Shown here: in pieces, positions 9,365 through 18,352 of the stretch | Layout: each line of letters starts with the position of its first letter | Numbering within the stretch: the stretch's first letter is position 1 | IMG/VR virus record: IMGVR_UViG_3300037466_003065 | Span: 120,788-184,787 of that record | Source of the DNA: a virus | DNA length: 64,000 nt | Direction: 5' to 3' (one strand) | Translations under genes and position numbers: made by a program | The notes under the pieces: generated by a model | The model's database searches: none | Seen by the model: only the letters and a program-made list of their open reading frames with translations | What the model was told of the DNA's origin: nothing

Positions 9365-10348
9365 CTACTTGAAGAAATGGTCGTACGTGAGCGGAGTGTA
9401 ATCGAATCCGTTGGTCTTGTTGTTGTAGAACCTCGCCCACGCGTGCCCGCACGCCGTGCAGCAGCGGTAGAACGCGTCGTGGGACTCGTCCAGTACGTCG
9501 TACGATCCGCACTCCGGGCAGATGCACGAGGTCTTGAACAGCTCCTGGTACAACTCCTCTCTCCACGCCTGTGCGCCACAGATGCAGTTGCGGCAGTCGG
9601 CGTGGGTGCAACTGCCCAGTTTCTTGTTGTTCTTGCGGACGTGCTCCGACCAGGCCATCGAGTCGGAGGAGGCGAAGTACCGCCAGATCTGGAGGAGGCC
9701 GGTCTTCTTGAAGCCGAAGCCGTGCATCCGCAGGCCGTAACGGTGGAGCTCGGCGATCGTGGGCTCCATCACGCCGGTACCCTGCCGCCGGCACACGCTG
9801 CCGACGCCGACGACGCCGCACTCGCGGAGATCCACGCCGTAGTTGGCGTACATCTCGACGTGCCGCCAGTAGTCGTCGGGCTCCCAGCCCTGCAGGACGG
9901 GGGCCCACCAGATCTCGGGGGCCATGTCCCGCAGGCCGAGGTAGCTCAGGATGGTTCGTCGCTGGTGCTCGGCGACGGAGAGGCCGGTTCCCTTGAAGGT
10001 CACACCCTTGAACGTGCCGCCGTTGATGACCATCGGCTCGCACATCCAGTCCTGGCACGCGACCCAGTCGAGGTTCCCGATCATGTTTCGCCACCGCCGC
10101 ACCTCGTCGACGAACTGACGGGGCCCGATCGTCCACTGGCCGTGCTGCTGCAGCTCCGAGAAGCCGCCGCTGTCCATCGCCCAGCTCGCGATTGCGGGCT
10201 TGACCTTCTTCTGGCGGATCAATCGGTTCCTGCTGACGAAGAGGGGGAAGCCGGCCCGGCTGAGCCACGCCGGCTCGGGGGCGCCGACGTAGAGTCGGAA
10301 CTCCAGCTTGGCGGCGGTGTCCATCCCGGTCGTCAGCACCCCGGTCAC
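9365..10348 (-). CDS. dpdA: DpdA-like (tRNA-guanine transglycosylase family) 7-deazaguanine DNA-insertion enzyme
   Basis: DSGGF, DWMCEP, PVLQGW, GVGSVCRR, HGFG and SSDSMAWS TGT-fold motifs; Cys-rich C-terminus. Confidence 0.8.
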   Translation of the reverse strand: MTGVLTTGMDTAAKLEFRLYVGAPEPAWLSRAGFPLFVSRNRLIRQKKVKPAIASWAMDSGGFSELQQHGQWTIGPRQFVDEVRRWRNMIGNLDWVACQDWMCEPMVINGGTFKGVTFKGTGLSVAEHQRRTILSYLGLRDMAPEIWWAPVLQGWEPDDYWRHVEMYANYGVDLRECGVVGVGSVCRRQGTGVMEPTIAELHRYGLRMHGFGFKKTGLLQIWRYFASSDSMAWSEHVRKNNKKLGSCTHADCRNCICGAQAWREELYQELFKTSCICPECGSYDVLDESHDAFYRCCTACGHAWARFYNNKTNGFDYTPLTYDHFFK

Positions 10349-10674
10349 GTGGGCCTCCCCTCGGTGCCGGCCAGCACGTACTCGTTTCCCTCGTCCTCGA
10401 CGGCGTCGCCGAGGGCCAGGAGGACGCCGAACTCGACGGCCACCGTGTAGCTGATCTTGCGGTGCGGAATCCGGTTGCCGGCGCAGAGGATGTCGAACGT
10501 CTTCTCGGTCATCTTGCGGGTGACCCGGACGATCGAGCCGGTCTCGTACCGCATCAGGGTGAGGCCCTTATCGTCGACCTCCTTCACGACGTAAGTGCCC
10601 TCCTTGACCCGCTTGCCGATCAGCTTCTGGAGTCGCTTCTGGGCGTCCTCCCATTTGAAGTCGGGTTCCTTCAT
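10345..10674 (-). CDS. hypothetical protein
   Basis: MKEPDFKW...; start/stop overlaps with neighbours. Confidence 0.65.
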   Translation of the reverse strand: MKEPDFKWEDAQKRLQKLIGKRVKEGTYVVKEVDDKGLTLMRYETGSIVRVTRKMTEKTFDILCAGNRIPHRKISYTVAVEFGVLLALGDAVEDEGNEYVLAGTEGRPT

Positions 10675-10877
10675 TTCTGCTCCCGGGCGAACCTTGTCGC
10701 CAGTTCGAGCTTCCACGTCTTGTCGTTGGGGTCGTCGACCCTGAAGCGGAACTGCTTCAGGATCTGGCCGCCCTTGCGTACCTGCACGCTGCCGGTCTTA
10801 TTGTGTCCCTTTCCGGCCTTGCCCCCGCTGGTGGGGATGTGCAGCTCGCAGCCGTTCACGGTCGTGAAGAGCATCAT
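10671..10877 (-). CDS. hypothetical protein
   Basis: AAAGGAGG RBS, MMLFTTVNG... Confidence 0.65.
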   Translation of the reverse strand: MMLFTTVNGCELHIPTSGGKAGKGHNKTGSVQVRKGGQILKQFRFRVDDPNDKTWKLELATRFAREQK

Positions 10878-11110
10878 TCCTCCTTTCGGAGGTCGGGTGC
10901 GTACAGGGCCAGGTCGACGCCCTGCTGCATGCCGACGTAGTTGATGAACATGGTCACGATGGCGTCGACCTGGTTGTCGGCCATCGCGTCGATAGCGGCC
11001 TGGCCCAGCTCGTGCATGTGCCGGCCGTCCCGCAGGTGCTGCTCCCACCGCTTCACGAAGTGCTGGCCGTTCTTGACCAGCATCTGCATCAGCTCACCCT
11101 TGCTCAGCAT
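10874..11110 (-). CDS. hypothetical protein
   Basis: MLSKGELMQ...; AGGAGG RBS. Confidence 0.65.
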   Translation of the reverse strand: MLSKGELMQMLVKNGQHFVKRWEQHLRDGRHMHELGQAAIDAMADNQVDAIVTMFINYVGMQQGVDLALYAPDLRKEE

Positions 11111-11600
11111 GGCGTTCCTCCTTGCGGAGCCTCTTGATGTCGGCGGCCGGCGTGTAGCGGCGGGGAGTCCCGCCGGCCTTGAGGTGCTCCCACTCGGCCT
11201 CGGCGCGTTCGAGCAGCTCATCGACCTTGGCCGGCGGCAAATCCATCGACTCGCAAATCGAGTCGAAGTCCTCGGACTGGATGCCGCGAGCCCGGATCTC
11301 GGCGAGCAGTCGCGGAAACTGGACGAAGTTGTCGTCGAAGGCCGCACGCTCGGGCTCTTTCGGTCGCTCGATAGGCGTCAGCTCGAACGGCTTGTCCGGG
11401 TCGACGCCGGCCACCTTGAGGTTCTTCCGGCAGTTCTTGTCGATGACCTCCTTGATAAGGAAGGAGTATTCGAACGCCCCGCCCGTGGTGTAGTAGAAGC
11501 ACGATTGGTTGCGGTGTCGCAGGAAGCCGAGGATCGTGTATTCGGCCCCGGACGTCAGCCGCACCTTGTACCCACGACGCAGTCGCATCTTGTCGGCCAT
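11094..11600 (-). CDS. hypothetical two-module protein
   Basis: AGGAGGCGTC leader; C-terminal QFPRLLAEI...SMDL module. Confidence 0.7.
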   Translation of the reverse strand: MADKMRLRRGYKVRLTSGAEYTILGFLRHRNQSCFYYTTGGAFEYSFLIKEVIDKNCRKNLKVAGVDPDKPFELTPIERPKEPERAAFDDNFVQFPRLLAEIRARGIQSEDFDSICESMDLPPAKVDELLERAEAEWEHLKAGGTPRRYTPAADIKRLRKEERHAEQG

Positions 11601-11608
11601 GACGCCTC

Positions 11609-11929
11609 CTACTCCTGGTAAGGGGTGATGAACAGAATGTACTTGCGGCCGGGCAGCTCCTTGAACTCGACGCAGCGGCCGGCGCCGCCCACGATCTCGA
11701 GGGCCTGGTCGAAGTAGTCGTCCTTGTCCCGGCGGTTGGCCCTCACCTGCTCCCCGGTTCGTTCGTCGCGTTCGGCCTCGACGGCCTCGACGTGGTGGTC
11801 GACGCCCAAGATCGTGGCCGCCCCGAGGAGGCGGTGGGCCTTGTCCCGCCCCCGCCCGACCGCACGCATGGGCGTGGTCAGGTTGAGGCCGTCGATCTCG
11901 TGCACGATTTCTTCGCGGTCTTTAGGCAT
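11609..11929 (-). CDS. hypothetical protein
   Basis: ORF in packed co-oriented run, AAGGAG RBS. Confidence 0.7.
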   Translation of the reverse strand: MPKDREEIVHEIDGLNLTTPMRAVGRGRDKAHRLLGAATILGVDHHVEAVEAERDERTGEQVRANRRDKDDYFDQALEIVGGAGRCVEFKELPGRKYILFITPYQE

Positions 11930-12335
11930 AACGGATCTCCTTGAAGAGTGTCCACTGGATCAGATTGTCGATGTCGCCGTAGTCGACGCCGGGCGGCGTG
12001 TCCCGCCAGTCGACGCCCCACTTCCGGCAGCCGATCACGAAGGCGTCCTCGGCAAACGCCTGGTTGAGCACCCAGTAGTGCTCGGGCACCGACAGGCCGG
12101 CCTTGAACCGCTCGGTGGCCGCCGAGTGATCCATCGCCACGTAGTCGATGCTCTCGTCGTGGCCGAACTCGTACGCGAGCCAGCCGACGTCGTCGCGGTA
12201 CTCGACGCCGTAGAGCCAATAGCCGGCGCAGCCGGGCCGCTCGAAGATGAAGGTGTCCTTCGCGATCAGGTCGCGGACGAACTCCAGCTTTGCCTGCTGA
12301 ACCTCCTCGTCGGTGGGGAGCCATTTGTCAGACAT
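11922..12335 (-). CDS. hypothetical protein
   Basis: GGAGG RBS; packed run. Confidence 0.7.
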   Translation of the reverse strand: MSDKWLPTDEEVQQAKLEFVRDLIAKDTFIFERPGCAGYWLYGVEYRDDVGWLAYEFGHDESIDYVAMDHSAATERFKAGLSVPEHYWVLNQAFAEDAFVIGCRKWGVDWRDTPPGVDYGDIDNLIQWTLFKEIRYA

Positions 12336-12717
12336 CGAGACCTCCGATCTTGTCTTGCCACGCGTCGACCAGGTCGACGACGGTCTTGTCGTCGGTCACG
12401 TGGTCGTTGGCGTAAACGGTGTCGTACTTAGAGATGAACTCGATAATCTTCTTGGCGTCGCGCAGGGCCTCCTCACGGGCGACCTCGCCTGTGCAGACGC
12501 AGTACCAGCCGTCCGACACCTGATCGATCGCGTCGCCCACCTTGCATGTCTGGGCCCAACGGGCGATCCGGGCCTCGACCTCCTTGGTGATCACCTTGGA
12601 CATCGTGGGGATGCCCATGTTGAGCATGTGGTCGCCGAACTGGATCGTGATCAGGCCCAGGTTCTCGCCGTCGCAGCCGGCGATCACGAGGGTGAACGTC
12701 TTCTTAGCCATTGGCAT
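12328..12717 (-). CDS. hypothetical protein
   Basis: Packed run. Confidence 0.65.
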   Translation of the reverse strand: MPMAKKTFTLVIAGCDGENLGLITIQFGDHMLNMGIPTMSKVITKEVEARIARWAQTCKVGDAIDQVSDGWYCVCTGEVAREEALRDAKKIIEFISKYDTVYANDHVTDDKTVVDLVDAWQDKIGGLDV

Positions 12718-12922
12718 TGTTCTTCTCCGCTTCGAGGACGGCGTCGCGGAGCTTGAGGGACTCGTCCGCGAAGCCTTTCATCCCCTTGTCTGAGGTAGGT
12801 GGGAATCCGCCGCACGCCGCGAGCCGGCCGGCCACGACCTGACCGAGCAGGTACTGGCTCCAGCTCATGCCGGGGGCCGAAAGTAGTTCGCTGGGGAACG
12901 CACATTCGTTTGGTTGTGTCAT
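12704..12922 (-). CDS. hypothetical protein
   Basis: AGGAG RBS; packed run. Confidence 0.6.
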   Translation of the reverse strand: MTQPNECAFPSELLSAPGMSWSQYLLGQVVAGRLAACGGFPPTSDKGMKGFADESLKLRDAVLEAEKNNANG

Positions 12923-12929
12923 GGTGCTC

Positions 12930-13286
12930 CTACCAGTTGAAGGTGGGTAATTCCTTGTACGTGGGCCCGTCGCGGTCGAGGGCCACGAACTTGCAGTCGT
13001 TCTCCTGGGCGATCGTTAAGAGCTGGATGAACGCCGCGCTGTACCCCCGCCGCTTCGCCTTCTGAAGGATGTCGGCACGCATGTCCTTGTCGCTGGGGGC
13101 GGCGTAGACGAAGAAGCCCTCACGGAACTCGTACACGGTGAGGTCGTCACCCTGGGCGGAGGTGGGGCCCGCGTCGTCGGGCCAATGGGCGACCGCGTCG
13201 TGCTGCAGCTTCTCCATGTCGCCCATGGTTATGTGGCCGGTGCCGCAGTCGAACAGCTTCTCGGTGTGGATCTTGAGATTGGACAC
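12930..13286 (-). CDS. DUF5983-like protein
   Basis: DCGTGHIT...EGFFVY...CKFVALDRDGPTYKELPTFNW pattern; GTG start after AAGGAG. Confidence 0.6.
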   Translation of the reverse strand: MSNLKIHTEKLFDCGTGHITMGDMEKLQHDAVAHWPDDAGPTSAQGDDLTVYEFREGFFVYAAPSDKDMRADILQKAKRRGYSAAFIQLLTIAQENDCKFVALDRDGPTYKELPTFNW

Positions 13287-13630
13287 AGCGACTCCTTGAT
13301 GTGTTGGATGTACCGGTCTTTGCGGCGAATAGTGCCGCGGGCCGCAGGATGAACGATGGGGATGAAGTCGATCCGTCGCTTGGCAAGGGCATCCTGCACC
13401 CTCTTGCCCATGGCGACGACCGGCACGCGTGAGCCTCGGATCGACTTCAGGATCGTGTGGTTGACCCGGTCGCCCACGAAAAGGTTGGCGAAGATCTGGA
13501 GCTGGGGGTCGAGGCCGCAGGCCGTCAGGGCGTCGAAGAGCTGCTTCGCCGCCAGCCTGCCGTCCTGCCACCTGACCCGCATCCGCACCGCCTTCGCCGA
13601 CCGCTTTTCACCGACGAAGAGGTAGATCAT
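13229..13630 (-). CDS. small uracil-DNA-glycosylase-fold protein
   Basis: N-terminal LFVGE strand, VVAMGKRVQDAL and C-terminal HPAAR match the UDG superfamily layout. Confidence 0.5.
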   Translation of the reverse strand: MIYLFVGEKRSAKAVRMRVRWQDGRLAAKQLFDALTACGLDPQLQIFANLFVGDRVNHTILKSIRGSRVPVVAMGKRVQDALAKRRIDFIPIVHPAARGTIRRKDRYIQHIKESLCPISRSTPRSCSTAAPAT

Positions 13631-13959
13631 CCCTTGTTCTCCGGGGCGTCGGGGTCGGGGTCGATCGCGTTGTGCCGCCGCAGGTCTTCGTGGTCGGCGG
13701 CCTCCTCGTCATCCCTGCTCTCGCCCTCGGCCTCCGCCTCGCCGTCGACCAATGACACCGTGACGAAGATCGCCTTGTCGACCCGATCGTGGATGTTGCC
13801 CGGCGTCGTGGGTCGCTTGAGGGCGACGTCGTCCAGGCGGACGAACACGTTGTTGATCACGTCGTCGCCGTACGCGATGCTGATGGGGATCTCCTGATCC
13901 GGCTTCATCCCCTTGATCATCTTCCGGATCTCGCTGACCTTGATAGTTCCGCGTCCCAT
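13627..13959 (-). CDS. hypothetical protein
   Basis: AAGGAGATGTC leader. Confidence 0.7.
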   Translation of the reverse strand: MGRGTIKVSEIRKMIKGMKPDQEIPISIAYGDDVINNVFVRLDDVALKRPTTPGNIHDRVDKAIFVTVSLVDGEAEAEGESRDDEEAADHEDLRRHNAIDPDPDAPENKG

Positions 13960-13977
13960 GACATCTCCTTCTGAGGG

Positions 13978-14550
13978 TTATCCGAGTGTGAGGTAGCCGC
14001 GATTTTCGTGCACCCGCCGCATCAACGTGTAGAGCCGGCGGCACTTCGTGTCCCACGCCGCCTTATACGACTCGAGCGACTCGACGGCCCGCAGGGTGGC
14101 GGTGATCAGGTCGGACGTGACCATGATCTGGGCACAGGTCTCGTAGAGCGTGTGGGTGACGTGCCAGAGCTGGAGGAGGGCCTTCAGCTCCTTGTTCTTG
14201 ACGCGATCCAGGTGGACGCGGCCGATCGTGGGGACGCCCCCGAACAGGTAGGATCCCTTCACCCACGAGCGGTCGTCCGTCGTGTCCTGCAGGGCTTCGA
14301 TCATCCACTTCTTGTTCTGCAGGCTCGAGAGTCTCAGGTCTCGCTTCTCGCCGAAGTAGCTGAACCAGCTACGGGCCTTCTTGGCCTCCTTGACGTCGAC
14401 GCCCTTGGCGACCGACCAGCCGGCGATGAGCTGCTCGACGAAGAACACGGCCGACCCGTTGGTGCCGACGTCCTCCCAGCCCAAGTCGACGTAGTTTCGC
14501 ACCGATGCACTCTTGTGCTCAATGCGGTGTCCCGACATTGTGTTTCCCAC
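13978..14550 (-). CDS. hypothetical protein
   Basis: GTG start after CCTTCAACAGGAGGCATC leader. Confidence 0.7.
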   Translation of the reverse strand: MGNTMSGHRIEHKSASVRNYVDLGWEDVGTNGSAVFFVEQLIAGWSVAKGVDVKEAKKARSWFSYFGEKRDLRLSSLQNKKWMIEALQDTTDDRSWVKGSYLFGGVPTIGRVHLDRVKNKELKALLQLWHVTHTLYETCAQIMVTSDLITATLRAVESLESYKAAWDTKCRRLYTLMRRVHENRGYLTLG

Positions 14551-14569
14551 GATGCCTCCTGTTGAAGGT

Positions 14570-14785
14570 TTACCACTCGATCTCGCACCAGACGCAGTAC
14601 CGCTTATTGACGGTGAACTGCACCTTGGTCTCGCCGGCGGCGTCCGTCGTCTCCAGCAGGACGAAGTCGTCGCCCCAGCGGATGGCGGCGCCGCGATGCA
14701 CGCTGCCGTCGACCATGTGGCAGGCCAGGTGGTATCCCGGCTTGCCTTCACGTGTGTTGGCGTACTCGATGAGGATGGTGAACAC
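14570..14785 (-). CDS. small beta-rich hypothetical protein
   Basis: GTG start after AGGAGG. Confidence 0.65.
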   Translation of the reverse strand: MFTILIEYANTREGKPGYHLACHMVDGSVHRGAAIRWGDDFVLLETTDAAGETKVQFTVNKRYCVWCEIEW

Positions 14786-14793
14786 GTTGCCTC

Positions 14794-15786
14794 CTAGATG
14801 AGGTTCCACTTCTGAACGTCCCGACTGTCGACGGCGACCAAGAACTCGATCGCCTTCTTCGCGAGCGGGTCGCCCTTGAGGGCCTGCTCCCGCACGAACG
14901 CGGCCGCCTCCTTGTCGCCGGGGAACTTGGGCTCGTCGTAGTCGAGGTGTGGGTGGTCGGACGGGGCGGCGATCGCCTGCAACTGCCAGCGGCCGTCCGC
15001 GGAGCCCTCGCAGTCGAAGATGTCCCAGCCCTGTCGCTGGGCCGCGAGCTGATCTTCCGGCGTCCAGAGGCCGGGGTCTGGGTCATCGCCATCCTCGTCA
15101 AGCTCGTAGTTGATGAACGGCCTTATCTCCGGCGTGCCGTCCTTCGTGATGTCCAGCCGGAAGAGGCCGTCGCGGTCGCCCCGCGTCCTCTTGTGCTGGC
15201 GGGCCGCCTCGAGCCGTTCGTCGTCGTTGTCGTACGGGCCGGACAGCGACGGCTCCGTGTCCCCTTCGACGACCTGAAGGTACAGTTTGTCGGGGGTCGC
15301 CTCCTTTCGGTGGACTAACACGTCCACCTTGACGGGCGGCGGGCCCTGGTCGTCTCGGTACGCGTCCACGATGTCGATGCCGACGATGTGCTTCATCCAC
15401 TCGGGCATCGGCTCGTGTTCCTTGCCAACCTCCAGCCGATCGATCATGTTGTCGATCAGGGCCAGGGCGAGCTGTTGGCCCTTCAGGTGCTCGCCCTTGT
15501 CGAGACCGATGTCGAAGAGGGCCTCCAGTTTGACGTTGACGACGATGGTAGCGCCGGCGGCGTCGGGGGCCTTGAAGCCGTGCTCCAAGTGCGTGGCGAC
15601 CTCCTCCTTGGCCGACAGGGCGACGATGAGGGTGTCGGCCAGGGCCTCGGTCTCGGTCACCGCGATGAACTGCTCGACGTCGTCGGGGTCGTTCGGGTCG
15701 GGCATCTGGTAGATCGCCCAGCCATCGGAGAACTCGCTCCGCTGCGAGAGGCCGGCCACGGCCTTGTGGTGTTCCTTGCGGTACAT
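14794..15786 (-). CDS. multi-module hypothetical protein
   Basis: MYRKEHHK... after AGGAGACATC. Confidence 0.75.
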   Translation of the reverse strand: MYRKEHHKAVAGLSQRSEFSDGWAIYQMPDPNDPDDVEQFIAVTETEALADTLIVALSAKEEVATHLEHGFKAPDAAGATIVVNVKLEALFDIGLDKGEHLKGQQLALALIDNMIDRLEVGKEHEPMPEWMKHIVGIDIVDAYRDDQGPPPVKVDVLVHRKEATPDKLYLQVVEGDTEPSLSGPYDNDDERLEAARQHKRTRGDRDGLFRLDITKDGTPEIRPFINYELDEDGDDPDPGLWTPEDQLAAQRQGWDIFDCEGSADGRWQLQAIAAPSDHPHLDYDEPKFPGDKEAAAFVREQALKGDPLAKKAIEFLVAVDSRDVQKWNLI

Positions 15787-15798
15787 GATGTCTCCTGC

Positions 15799-15834
15799 AA
15801 AGGGAAAGGGCCCGGGAGAACGCCTCCCGGGCCC
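15799..15834 (-). terminator. terminator-like hairpin upstream of RBS
   Basis: Perfect 11-bp stem 15808-15818/15824-15834, then TTTCCCTTT. Confidence 0.6.
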
Positions 15835-15856
15835 GATCGTAACGTCGCTGTCGTTG

Positions 15857-17170
15857 CTAGGCCGCCGCGGCCTGTTTCCGCCGGCAGCCCGTGATCGCTG
15901 AGAGCACGTGCCGGAACATCTGGATGTCGATGCCCTGCCCAAGCACCTCGCCGGCGTTCGTCTTCGTCGGGCCGAGGTCGTAGTCGTCGGGCAGGCCCAT
16001 CAACCGCCGGCCCTCGGTCAGCGTGAGCCACCGCCAGGTGTTGGCCTGCGTCGGGTGGGCGACCACGAAGTTGTCACCCTGCCCGGCGTAGTACCGCTTC
16101 TTGAGCGTCGGGATCTGCGTGTCGGCGGCCGTGATCGCCGGCGCCGCGAACCCGTTGCCCTTGGCCGACTGCCTCGCCCAGTGCTGTGGTGCCCAGTGGT
16201 CGAGGCCGAACCAGAGCGGGCTGTCGTCGGGGATGCGCTCGAGGATTGACGCGGCCGTCAGCTTCTGGGTCACGGTCTCGGGCCACCGCACCTCGTCGAA
16301 CGTGGTGGCGATGATGATCGCACGCCGGCGGGCCTGCAGGGAGCCGTAGTCGAGGGCGTTGAGGACGCGACTGTCCACCGTGTACCCCATCGCCCGGAGC
16401 ACGCCCTGCACCATGTACCCGCTGCCCGCGTCGAGGTATCCGGGGACGTTCTCGATCACGACGGTGTGCGGGTTCAGGACGTCGACGGCCTGCAGTACGT
16501 AGAAGTCCAGGTGGCCCAGCTCGTGGGCCTCCGGGGGGAGGCTCTTGTCCCGCTTCTGCTGGCCGCCGCGGTCGAGTCGCCGGATGTTGCTGTACGGCTC
16601 GCAGGGGCGGCCGGCGGTCAGGAGGCCCACGGGCTGGTCGATGCGGGCGGCCATCTTCTGGAAGTCGACCTCCTCGATCGGCTGCTCGTGCATGTTCCCC
16701 GCGTGGTTCCGCTCCCAGATCTCGGCGTACGCCGGCTCGACCTCGACGGCCGCCACGGTCTGGAAGCCCTCGGCGTGGGCCGCCTCGTCCAGCAGGCCGC
16801 CGCCGGCGAACAGGCTGACGGCGATCGCGGTGAGCACGCGGGCCGCCTTCTTGACCAGCGTCTTGGCCTTGGTGATGACGATCTCGCCCTTCCTGGCCTC
16901 GCAGAGCAGGGGCGTGCCCAGCTTCTCGCCGAAGACGGCGCCGAGCTTGTCGCCGGTGATGTCGATTACGGCGGCCTCGCCCTTGCCGCTGATCTTGCGG
17001 TCGCCCTCGGTGTTCGCGCGGATGATGATCTTGTCCTTCTCGAAGATGACGGTGATCTTGCCGGCCGGGGAGAACCCGGCTTCGACGAGCCAGCGGCCCT
17101 GCAGGTAGACCCGGGGCTTCTCCTTGTTCAGGCCCAGCTTGATGTTCGCGCTACGGAGTTTCTCGCTCAT
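15857..17170 (-). CDS. C5-cytosine DNA methyltransferase with N-terminal AbrB/SymE-like domain
   Basis: SLFAGGG (motif I), GRPCEPYS (IV), IENVPG (VI), QARRR (VIII), LTLTEGRRLMGLP (IX), GQGI (X); N-terminal PRVYLQGRWLVEAGF. Confidence 0.88.
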   Translation of the reverse strand: MSEKLRSANIKLGLNKEKPRVYLQGRWLVEAGFSPAGKITVIFEKDKIIIRANTEGDRKISGKGEAAVIDITGDKLGAVFGEKLGTPLLCEARKGEIVITKAKTLVKKAARVLTAIAVSLFAGGGLLDEAAHAEGFQTVAAVEVEPAYAEIWERNHAGNMHEQPIEEVDFQKMAARIDQPVGLLTAGRPCEPYSNIRRLDRGGQQKRDKSLPPEAHELGHLDFYVLQAVDVLNPHTVVIENVPGYLDAGSGYMVQGVLRAMGYTVDSRVLNALDYGSLQARRRAIIIATTFDEVRWPETVTQKLTAASILERIPDDSPLWFGLDHWAPQHWARQSAKGNGFAAPAITAADTQIPTLKKRYYAGQGDNFVVAHPTQANTWRWLTLTEGRRLMGLPDDYDLGPTKTNAGEVLGQGIDIQMFRHVLSAITGCRRKQAAAA

Positions 17171-17195
17171 GTGATGCCTTGCTCCTTGAAGACTG

Positions 17196-17232
17196 GAAAA
17201 GAAATCCCCCGTGGTATATATACCACGGGGGA
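17196..17232 (-). terminator. perfect 28-bp palindrome / terminator
   Basis: TCCCCCGTGGTATATATACCACGGGGGA (17205-17232), followed by TTTCTTTT on minus strand. Confidence 0.65.
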
Positions 17233-17264
17233 CAATGGGCTCAACGATGCCCCCTCCACGTCGG

Positions 17265-17522
17265 TTATCTGCCGGGGTATAGATGGTCGGACACGTAATC
17301 GACCGTCTTCTGGTCTCGCTGCTTGTACCGCGAGATCATCTCCTGGGCAGACTGTGGATCGGGCCGCTTGGTCTCGCTCGCCTTGGCGAGCATCCCGAGA
17401 CCCCAGAGGGCACCCAGGATCCCGATCGTGACGCCGACCGCCGTGTCCGGCTTCGGCTCCTTCTTGCGTCGGCAGCTATCGAGGTAGCTGCCTCGCTCCG
17501 CGTAGTGGTGGGGGCGTTGCAT
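17265..17522 (-). CDS. small single-pass membrane protein
   Basis: Hydrophobic AVGVTIGILGALWGLGMLA segment; GGAGG RBS. Confidence 0.65.
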   Translation of the reverse strand: MQRPHHYAERGSYLDSCRRKKEPKPDTAVGVTIGILGALWGLGMLAKASETKRPDPQSAQEMISRYKQRDQKTVDYVSDHLYPGR

Positions 17523-17531
17523 GGTGGTTAT

Positions 17532-17897
17532 TCACCTCCTTTCCGTTTTCAGCTTAGCGGCCGGCCCGCCAACCGGCACGAGAAAAGCCTGAATTTTGAG
17601 GTTGTAGATCTGGCCGTCTGGGCCGTAGACGGTGCTGAGCCGCGAATTGTCCAGCTCGTCAGTACAGAAACCGGACACGCTCGTGAGTAGCTCTCGCTCG
17701 TAGCCATGCCCCTCCTCGCCCCAGGTATATACGCCTGCCGGGGCGGTGAGGTATGGCATGACCCACTGCTCGCATCGAGGGCACCGTGACCGTGTTTCCT
17801 TGTTCGCCTGAGAGGCCCACATGACGAAGTCGGACACACCCCTCTTCCCGGGGCAGTCACGGTGCTCGTAGAAGTTGTTGACCTTCGCTTTAGCCAT
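17532..17897 (-). CDS. hypothetical zinc-ribbon protein
   Basis: MAKAKVNNFYEHRDC...CPRC. Confidence 0.6.
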   Translation of the reverse strand: MAKAKVNNFYEHRDCPGKRGVSDFVMWASQANKETRSRCPRCEQWVMPYLTAPAGVYTWGEEGHGYERELLTSVSGFCTDELDNSRLSTVYGPDGQIYNLKIQAFLVPVGGPAAKLKTERR

Positions 17898-18348
17898 TGG
17901 GCCGTTCCCCTTTCCGTTCGGGGATCTTGCCGGTCTCCAGGGCCCGCATGACGCACTCGGCCGCCCCACGCTGGTACTCGCTCATCTGGTAAAACGGCGG
18001 GGCGGCCTTGCTCATGTCGTGCAGGTACTTGACGGTCTGAGCGCCGCTCGTGCAGGTCTCGAGCGCGTGCTGGCTGTCGTTCCAGCCGGCCTCGTACTGG
18101 GTGACGGCACGTTTCGGGGGCTGCTGGGCGTACAGCCTGTCCAGCTCCCCGAAGCCGATCTCCAGCACGTGCCCGCGGCGCCGGCGGTGCCAGGAGTGGG
18201 TGGCCGTGACGACCGGGCCGAACGGCTTCCACTCGCTGTCGATCCACGCCTCGAACTGGTAGCTGTAGCTGTCCGGGTTGGCGTCGTTGGGCGTGTGAAC
18301 CCGCTCGATGTTGCGGATCTTCTCCTTGCTCTCGGTGGTGAACTCCAT
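17890..18348 (-). CDS. hypothetical protein
   Basis: GAGGAGG RBS. Confidence 0.7.
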   Translation of the reverse strand: MEFTTESKEKIRNIERVHTPNDANPDSYSYQFEAWIDSEWKPFGPVVTATHSWHRRRRGHVLEIGFGELDRLYAQQPPKRAVTQYEAGWNDSQHALETCTSGAQTVKYLHDMSKAAPPFYQMSEYQRGAAECVMRALETGKIPERKGERPNG

Positions 18349-18352
18349 CGGC

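Noticed and set aside
9354-10268. N-terminal 305 aa of the 815-aa ORF 7821-10268
   Set aside because: Alternative frame overlapping dpdA; rIIB starts at ATG 9353 after its own RBS.
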